A stretch of DNA of 44,320 nucleotides, filler included, from Catajapyx aquilonaris (Eukaryota): the NCBI GenBank assembly GCA_000934665.2. It is 2 parts of 2 records of this genome, joined end to end, with 100 filler letters (N's around TTAATTAATTAA, not from the genome) between each part and the next. Parts side by side here need not be neighbours in the genome. Positions count along the whole stretch, not along the records: positions 22,220 to 44,320 come from JYFJ02005921.1; 1 more part is not named here. One strand, 5' to 3'. Positions within the stretch are counted from its first letter, which is position 1. Each line of letters begins with the position of its first letter. This document shows positions 35,841-44,320 of the stretch, piece by piece. Under the pieces are notes generated by a model, which saw only the letters and a list, made by a program, of their open reading frames with translations, searched no databases and had not been told where the DNA came from. The translations under genes were made by a program, and so were the position numbers.

Positions 35841-37241
35841 CTCCATACAATTACAGTACCGTCTCGTGCTTTAGTATACCCTCATTGACCGGTGGAAATA
35901 TCCTAAGCCCGCCTCCATATTTGATATGACTCCAGCAGTCGTTGCCTGTAGTTGAATTCTTTGCGTACCACAACCCCACAGGCCACAACCACAAGTGTCA
36001 ATTGGTTGACTCACTGCTCAGGAGGTCTCCCTTTTACAAAGGCTGCATTCTGAATTATTTAATGCCCGTGCAGGAATAAGTGGCATGAAATGTGCCCATG
36101 AGTAATCGCACACCACTGCAGTCCAGCCTCAGGGTGAGAAGTTAGACGGCCTTGGTCCCTGGGCCGTGATCTTGAAAGTATTGTTGATGGCCTTGTCTTC
36201 GTCGTCGTCAGCTGCTTAATAGGCCTACCTCTTTTTGTGAAGTGATACTCATGACTACGCTTGGGCGTGTCCCTTGCCTCACTTGGGTGCCTTTCCATTG
36301 ACGGACGTACGGAGGTTGCTGGCCAGTATTGACGCTATTTTACACGTCCTTTCAAGTGGCATTGACTAGTGAGTTCAATTTACTGTAATAATAATAATTT
36401 AGTAGTGTACATATTGCTTGGTCTGATATGGTTGGACACACAAGGGTGCTGCTTGGTGGAACTTAATTACCAATTTTGGTCTGCAAGGGCAAAATGCATT
36501 GTATATGCCCTTTTTGTTGTTTTGGAGGTAACTCTTGCACTACAAACAATCACTGTGTAAATTGGTACCTGTGTATATGATTTCCATGGGCATACAACCA
36601 ATAGAACCATAGATATTGTGGCAGTAAATGTACATCTTCTTATAAGCATCTGATACGAAGAAAATATTTGTTTCTTAGGTGCATCAAAAGTGCACATGAT
36701 CCTTGGCACTGCCCATGTTAATTTAAGACCAAAGCAAGCTAAAAGGCACCATAGATTTCGGACAAGTAGAATCAGGCAGAGAAACATTCTATCGTTAACA
36801 ATAGGCAAACATGTTGGTACTTATTATTATTAAATGCGGAGGGATCATATCTGCTAATATTGTCATCCATTTATTATTATTTGTCGTAAGTGAGTCTGAA
36901 GCTGATAAACCGTGTCCTATATTGGTTTTCCACAACATGGGAATGTTATCGAAAGAACTTGATACTGTTCAAACCGCATAGTCTTGAAACGAAGTTTTAA
37001 AAAAATTAGTGCCACTATCACTGATAACTTATATCAGTTATACATGAGCAAATCTTTAATGATTATAATTAGTGAAGATTTGCTTCTAGTAATTGAGACG
37101 TTTTCTGCGAAATGTTTCACGAATCAGAATATAAGTGGGTGTGCTAATAATGCCATAGGCGCACCATATATGTATTTCTGGATTGCAAATAATGAATGTT
37201 AGCATTTTTTTAAATTTTTTATTTTTTATTTTATTTTTTTA

Positions 37242-37505
37242 ACCCTGTGATAGAGCCAGTGGCTCTCTTAGGGGGGAAGGGGGTGGTTCCCTAGGGAGGG
37301 CGCTGTAATTTTTAGTCATTTCTGACTTGTGAAATACACCAGGCCTTTTCTACTGGCCCCGGGCAGATAGGGAGTGCAATTCTGCCCCGGCATGTCGGGT
37401 GAAATGCGGAAAAAGACCGGCCAAGCAGAGGTGGGGGACGGGATTTGAACCCCGCCCTCCCGCTTGGCTGGCCAGCGGCGTAACCGCTAGACCACCATGC
37501 CGCCC
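37242..37505 (-). mobile_element. tRNA-derived SINE, further family
   Basis: Reverse strand: A box TGGTCTAGCGG, B box GGTTCAAATCCC, and a 3' end CCCCCTAAGAGAGCC..CTATCACAGGGTT plus A-rich tract that resembles the family A end. Confidence 0.75.
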
Positions 37506-38374
37506 TAGTGTTAGCATTGTGTGTGCACAATAAAGAGCAATTTTACATCTGTTGGTGCTCCATTTACAAACAAACCTTATGCTTAAACCATTCTTGCTGC
37601 TCAGAATATGGTCCGAGTTCAATGAAGTGAAAAGTTTAGTGCACAAGGTCTAGCTTATATGGGTGTCATTCTAAAAGTACTTTCTCATTTATGTAATGGC
37701 CATGATAACGCAACTACGTCTTGTGTTTTCATGCAGAGTGTACTGGTTTTATGTCTCAAAAGGCTGGCCGCTTCCTTCTACCCCATGCAGCAGAAAAGTG
37801 AATTAAACAAATGCCTGTAAAGTCCTTTAGAAAGAAAAACCATTCGCAAGAGGGAGAAGAAAGTGACCTGTTAGAATGAGCCTTAATGGCAGCTTCAGTA
37901 TAACCTTTGAAAGTCATAACATGTAAAAAGTTTATGAAACTTCTCTTATCATCATAAGGAGGCCTATGATGGAGTAATATATTTTTCATTGAGGCGATAC
38001 AAAGTAGCTATCAATATTTTTATCAGTGCCACATTATTTATGGAGATCGTCAAATCATCACATTTTCACTGTAAGTGGTAGTTAGCAATGTAGGAAATGC
38101 ACGTTAACACCACTTATTAACTAAAACAACACACATTCATATCAAAAACCCAAATGATAGAGCATTAATACAAACAGCTTGGAAAACCTAAATCAATATA
38201 ATTTACAGGAAGTCCCCGGTTTACGAACGACCCGACTTACGGTGATCCGTACTTACGAACAGGCTCGACCAAGCCTGCCTGGAAGGACAATTTATAACTA
38301 CTACTCAACTTTTAATCACTAATGCGTTCGTTGACCGACACCAAGTTCAACGTAAATACTGTAGGGTTAATATA

Positions 38375-38732
38375 CAGGGTGTTAGTGAATTCAACCGACA
38401 AACTTCTAGGGGTAATAGAGGGGACCAAGACAAACATATTTCATATAAGAACCAGTGTCTGGAAACGCCATCTAGAGGGGGTCAATAGACAAGGAACGGG
38501 TGTGTTCATACATGTCAGGCAGGAGGTGGGAGGCGAGCAGACTGATTTAATTCAATTACTTAAATAATTTAATTTAATTAGTCCGCTCCTCTCCCACCTG
38601 AGCACTTCCACTCCTTGTCTATTGACCCCCTCTAGATGGCGTTTCCGGACACGGGTTCCTATATGAAATATGTTTGTCTTGGTCCCCTCTATTACCACTA
38701 GAAGGTTGTCTGTTGAATTTATTAACACCCTG
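38375..38732. mobile_element. Tc1/mariner-type foldback MITE; partial second copy at about 22025-22119 runs into the assembly gap
   Basis: TA|CAGGGTGTTAGTGAATTCAAC ... GTTGAATTTATTAACACCCTG|TA, with inverted arms of more than 120 bp. Confidence 0.9.
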
Positions 38733-39099
38733 TATAATTGGGAAACTACATTCTTCGCACATGTAAAAAAACATATGACGCAAGTGGTTCGTTGGAGCAG
38801 AATCTGTCCTATTCCTCAGGGATACGTTCCAATCCGACTTGTGGTCATGTGTTAACAAATCGAGCATGTCATAATTACAGAGAGTGCAGCCATCTATTGT
38901 TATTTGCTATTTCCTGGAACTTCAGTATGAAGTAATTGTCACTGAGCAATTCTAAGAGTGGTATTCTAACACATTTTCATAGTCCTAACTGTCATGACAG
39001 GTAGTTTACAATAGAATTAAAAAATCATATGCATGATAGATTATTAGCTTTGCTATTGGTTACAGTAGAAAGTTACTCAACAGTACATATTGTTATTAC

Positions 39100-39744
39100 T
39101 AGGGGGCGGATAGTTATTCTCTTAAAAAAGTCGAAATATGCATGCAAATATTCCCCAAAAAATAGCGAAATATTCTCTGAAACATTCTCTCAAACCTGCA
39201 TTTAATTCGCAATTTATTCTTGCGTTACCCTGAAAAATAAATACATACAAATTATGTGCCATGGACTTGAGACTTTATCTCACACAAGAGGTTTATTTCT
39301 TACACAACTTCAACATTTCATCAATTGTCTTCAGTTTCACTATTGAAGTGACAATGAGAAACAATAATTTTTTTCCAAATTGGATGCAGTTAATCGCTAC
39401 CTTGTCTCACTCAGTCTCACTTGAGTATTGAAAATGACCGCTCCACATCACATGTCGTTATTGGTGTGTTTCAAAAAGGTAATCTGTTGTCCCAAGGTTT
39501 GCAACGTAATAAATAAAATACAAAATAAAGGTGGATAACAAGATTAAGGAAGTAAAAAAACGGGAAATATTCCAAATATGTCGCTAAAGCCAAAATATGT
39601 CGTTAAGCTCGAAATATTCTTTTATATGCAAAATAAGATACACTTTTTTGGACTCCTGATGTCATGATTCGGATTTTCGTACAAATCACGCCCTCGTGCA
39701 TACAGAGGAAAAAACTATGTAGAAACATAACTATCCGCCCCCTA
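39100..39744 (-). mobile_element. hAT deletion derivative retaining a decayed transposase C-terminus
   Basis: TIR TAGGGGGCGGATAGTTAT and a perfect 8-bp TSD GTTATTAC. The minus strand at about 39470-39350 reads PITTCDVERSFSILK followed by a frameshifted RLTASNLEK, matching the hAT dimerization-domain motif. Confidence 0.88.
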
Positions 39745-40512
39745 GTTATTACTACTGTATTAGTGATCAAATCCATGGCACAAGAAAGCACAAAGCATAA
39801 TGGAGAACAACTTAATTGTAAAGTTCCCAATATAACCTAATGGTAGATTATGCAACATTTAATGTCAGGTGTCATAATTATGCATTTTTGCACATTCCTG
39901 TGTCTTGACCTGTTTTGAAAGTCTGTTCTAACATGCTGATTAGTAGGGTCATTATTGGGTGAAGGACTTGAAGTCTCAAGGTTGGATATTCATGCCTAAA
40001 ATGATTTGCCAGAAAATAACCTAATCAGGTGGTGTATGCCATTTTCCCCACTGATATATGTGCAGAGTGATAAAGAAGTTTCACTGATACAGGATTGATA
40101 ATGTGACCTCCTTGGAATATATACTGGAAAGTAGGTTATTGATTCAGTGCCCTTTCATGATCTCAAGTGCAACATTACTGATGGTTGAGCCCTTTTTCAG
40201 CAAGAGATAAAATAATCTCTTCATTCCTGCAAAGGTTAAATGAAAAGTGTCCTTGATCTGAGATTGCCAATTATTGTTTTTCACAGGAGAAACGAATGAC
40301 ATTGCAGGAGGCCAATGAGCCATATAGATTATGCTATTCTTATGCAACCTAGGCAATACTCTTGCTCGTGGTGATCAAAATACGTTTTTGCACCCTCTCT
40401 CCACTCCCTTGTGAATGAACCAGTGAGATCATTAATCAAGCTGCATGGGATGCAAGCAGTACCATGTTTGGAATATGTTTAATCATTTGCAGTATTAGTA
40501 GCCTACCAATCA

Positions 40513-40845
40513 GGGGAGGTGCGGGGTCCGAGATGGTAACGTCTCGGCTTGCTGAGTGAAAGGTCCCAGGTTCGATCCCTGCCTGGGAGTTCCCTTTCAC
40601 CAGCGTCAGGAGGGTCTCTGACCCGCACCTTGGAGGTGTCTGGCAACCCAACCTCCTGGGGGACTGCACATAGCCACGCAATGACATTGCACCTGCACCT
40701 GTGTCCCCTCCCCAGCAATCCCCATCCCTACCTTATATCCTTTCATCCCTGCATGGAGTTTGAAGAAAAATCACAGAAAACTGAACGGAAAATATGGTGG
40801 TGTTCCACCCCCCCTAAGAGGGCCCATGACCCTATCACGGGGTAA
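40513..40845 (+). mobile_element. tRNA-derived SINE, family A (A1)
   Basis: Same head, body and tail (GGTGGTGTTCCACC..CTATCACGGGGTAA), followed by an A-rich tract. Confidence 0.88.
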
Positions 40846-41680
40846 TATTTAAAAAAAGAACAAAAAGAAAAAAAGAACCAATAACATGGCACAATCTACA
40901 ATGTGACAATCTACAATGTGTGTGGATCAGATGCTAATGTACGGAAAACGAGAGAACAATCTGACGGCATCGTTTCTTCCATTGTTGCTTTTTGTTGACA
41001 CTGTTTACTCAGATTGTTATGTGAGAATATTTCCATGGAACCTGTGATGACATCAGATAGTTTTCTCATTTTCCGTACATTACTCACATGTGTAAGTGTA
41101 AAAATTGGTGCTAGCAATATGGGTTGATCTTTGATTATTCAAGGCCACAAGTGGTGAAGGTTCAATATATTAATCAACTCAAAAGATTTTGCCGACAGTG
41201 ACGATATGGATAATGATGATGGGGTCATGCACATGGGGCCTGTGCCATTTTCCTATATCCTCCTATAAGCTCAGATTATGTCGCACTACTGAAGTGATAA
41301 GTGGATAATGGATTTAGTCACCTGCAATGTAATTTTAACATGTTGCAATCAGCTGTAGGCTTGCAGGTTACGCACCTTGCACATTTGGCATTTTTCTTCA
41401 CACACCTATCAAGTGTGCTTCTTCATTTGATGCACAAATAAACTAAATTTCAGTACTTGCAGTCATATCATTGTTACATATTTATAAGGATCATGCAAAT
41501 TAGCATCTGCTGGCCCTACTGAATCCTTTGTAAATAAATGGTGATGAGCATTCTCCAAGAATAATAAAGAGCCTTGAATTCACTATGAAAATCTGTTACA
41601 GGTCGTGCAACCTCAACACTCTGAGGATAAGAACTACTGGAGCTCTTTGTTTCTATCCCATACCACGTGTACATACAAAA

Positions 41681-43701
41681 ATGTCAGGGTCTCCTGACGT
41701 TCCTCTTGGCATCATAGCTTTTCAGAAGGTGTCAGCTCTGTGTTGCCCTCGTCTTAAAATCAATCGAGATGTATGGTAAGTGTCAGTCATTATATTTCAT
41801 GGAGAGTGGATTATGCAAACTGGGGAATGATTTTTTGTTCTTGCTAAGGGAAATGCTGCTAGTTTGATTTTGAGAATATAAACTGCTATTAACCACAGCA
41901 GCATAATAGGTACAGAGTGAACTCAATAAAATCTTAAAATGGTGTTGAAATTGCATGAGTGTTTTTAGAATGTTGAAGGCATATTTGAATTTTAAAAATG
42001 CTCCCCTCTGTGGAACTGAAGCATAGATGAACGCAAAAATTTACGGACACACTCAGAGGTGCCTTGGGCTGCCATTGTGGAATGCTTAATTGCAATCACC
42101 ATACATTCTGGCATCCATTCTTACAGTCTTCCACAGGTAGAATCTGGATACCAGAGTGGATGGTCATTGTGTAACACATTCTACAAAGACACAGTAAGGA
42201 ACTGTTGGAAGTGTCAGGATATTTCTGTCATGTCTGGATGTTTCTGTCGCAACTGTATATCCATTTACCTGAAGATAATTTTCTTTGGTAGGTATCGTGT
42301 GGCAGTGTTAGTGATCACATTCTTCAGCTATGCTGCTTATCACATGTCACGTAAGCCAATCAGTGTGGTGAAGAATGTGTTGAACCAGAACTGTACTCTT
42401 ATGGTACCTCCTCCAAACCTCATCATCAGCAACCAGACACAGAACAATTGGTGTGATTGGGCCCCATTCAGTAAGTTATTAGATCAGTGTTCTGGTAAAT
42501 TACTTCACCAATGTCCATTAACACATAATCTGTTTTTCAGATGGTCCTGATGCAGAAACCTTGCTTGGCACTATGGACTCAGCATTTTTGTTTGCTTATG
42601 CATTTGCAATGTTTTTCAGGTTGTACATTTGTCATTGTTAGGCTATTGTGAATCAATTAGTTTGATGATTGACACATGGAGATGACGTTTTCTGTTATTA
42701 TTGTCCACAGTGGAATGTTGGCAGAGAGAGTTAATTTGCGTTACTTTTTGACCTTGGGAATGCTGTTATCTGGAGTCTTCACTTACTTATTTGGATTGGG
42801 ATATACAGACAACATTCACCTTCTCTACTACTTCATACTGGTGCAGGTACGTTGTCCAGTCATTAGTTACATTTAGTTACAATAACACATGAGAAACTGT
42901 GTTGTTGAAGGTAAAACTAATTTATACAAAATTGATTAAGATTTTAAATATTGTTACAGATGTTTTGTGGTGCAGTGCAAGCTACTGGATGGCCAGGAGT
43001 GGTCACCGCAGTAGGGAACTGGTTTGGAAGAGGCAAACGAGGTACAGTTAAACTTGTCCCAAGTTTAGAACAGGTTATGGCTGAAATCCAACTGAATTCC
43101 AGGTTTGATATTTGGCATATGGAATTCCCATACATCGGTTGGCAACATTGTGGGCTCAGTCATTGCTGGTGTGTACGTGGAGAAAAATTGGGGGCTATCT
43201 TTTATTGTTCCTGGAGCCATCATTGGTGCCATGGGATTTTTTGTCTTCCTGTTTCTGGTGACAAATCCCAGCGATGTAGGTTGCAGCCCACCTGACTACC
43301 ATGGGACCAAAGTAGGTTATTAATTTCTTGTAGGGTTTTGATGCTGTCAGTATATAGGTAGCAAAATGTTTTGCAACCTGGTAATTTTTTCTTGTCAAAT
43401 ATGCCATTATGCAAATTAATTGTTTGCCTTTGTGATGAATAGGTAATGTAATGAGCCAAAGTGGCTGTATATGTAGCAGTTGTACTTTGGGCCAGATTAA
43501 TTACATGTGTCTGGCAAGTGTTGGTCTGTTGTTTAATTGGATGTAGTTTTTTTATGTTGGTGATGGTATTTTATGGTGCTTACCCTTCATTCATGTGTGC
43601 AGATAGTAGCCAGAGCTGATGACCAGGTTCGTGTTCAAAGGCTAAGGCAGTACACAAATGAGGTTACTGAATCTGACCTGGATCCGTTAATCCAAAGATC
43701 G
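41681..43701 (+). CDS. SLC37A2: SLC37-family (G3PP/SPX, MFS) sugar-phosphate:Pi exchanger, SLC37A1/A2-like. Coding exons 41681-41775, 42292-42470, 42541-42619, 42711-42846, 42960-43041, 43103-43311 and 43603-43701; continues beyond the window
   Basis: All introns are GT-AG with consistent phases. The product contains YAAYHMSRKPISVVK, WCDWAPF, LLGTMDSAFLFAYA, SGMLAERVNLRYFLTLGM, QATGWPGVVTAVGNWFGRGKRGLIFGIWNSHTSVGNIVG, which are hallmark SLC37A1/A2 motifs. The exact vertebrate paralog cannot be assigned. Confidence 0.93.
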
Positions 43702-44320
43702 GTAAGCTGACAAACATTAAATAGCTCATCTCTTCATCTTTTCTTATAGCACCGAAAGGCATCTTTGGAAACATGAGCTACGCATTGCACTTATCTAGGC
43801 CTAGTGGCATCTTCTTATATTGAAAGCCTTCTCTGTCCCTGCATATAGTCAATGAAGCACAAGTGTTACTCTGCAAAGCTTCTTTGTTANTAAATGTTAG
43901 GCGTAAATCAAAAGGCCACATACATTTGTATGATTTGTAATTCTCTGAGTGGATTGTGATTAGTCACTAGTGGTATGGTGATCTTATGGGGCCTTGAAAA
44001 TATGAATTTGGCTGGACCTGATGTGCCATAAGGTTAAATATATATACAGTATACACACTTCTGGAAGGTATTTGTCTATCATTTATGCCACTTTGAGTGT
44101 ATTAACAAAACTGTTATGAACAGCTCCGCCCTATCACTGTTATTTATTAATTTTAAAAAAAAAAACTCGTACCTGAAAGGGGGAAGGGGAGATATGGGTC
44201 AGAAGTTGAGACACCTGGTAGCAGGGATTGTTTTTTACATGACTTAAATTACAGTTGGCCCATGACAAATAAGAAATGCTTGCTTTTAAGTTACATGGAT
44301 GAAAGTGATATGTTGCTGTC

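Noticed and set aside
38205..38265. Tigger/pogo-like TIR (also a right-end fragment at about 27520-27544)
   Set aside because: Single ends with no partner TIR found; too fragmentary to delimit an element.
1..44320. CRISPR array, prokaryotic operon or viral insert
   Set aside because: No regularly spaced repeat-spacer array and no long intronless ORF cluster; all recognisable genes are spliced eukaryotic genes.

Overview
Eukaryotic, intron-containing and very TE-rich genomic DNA, probably from an arthropod (most likely an insect). That assignment is inferred from the 57-75 nt introns, a TCATTC-type initiator and the repeat landscape. Three host genes are recognisable: the last two exons of proteasome alpha-4/alpha-7 (PSMA7, + strand, 1.6-2.5 kb); a multi-exon heat-shock-factor DNA-binding-domain gene of HSF5/HSFY type (- strand, about 13.9-18.5 kb) with a GC-AG first intron and an AT-hook-like RRGRP mini-exon; and the first seven coding exons of an SLC37/G3PP sugar-phosphate exchanger (+ strand, from 41.7 kb to past the window end). 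An unassigned pair of exon-like segments lies on the - strand at 3.5-3.8 kb. Most of the rest is non-autonomous mobile DNA: Helitron-like elements (one in exact head-to-tail tandem), about five tRNA-headed SINE families sharing modules, and many MITEs of Tc1/mariner-pogo, hAT, PIF/Harbinger and Sola type, often nested. Several apparent cut-and-paste excision footprints (TA-CAG-TA, TA-GGCC-TA) can be checked against internal controls. Most ORFs in the supplied track are spurious frames in repeats. I see no CRISPR array, rRNA, true tRNA gene or intact transposase, and I cannot claim a clearly new biological system. The best leads are the HSF5-like/AT-hook gene, the footprint signal and the modular SINEs. 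All coordinates were read by eye and no database search was run.
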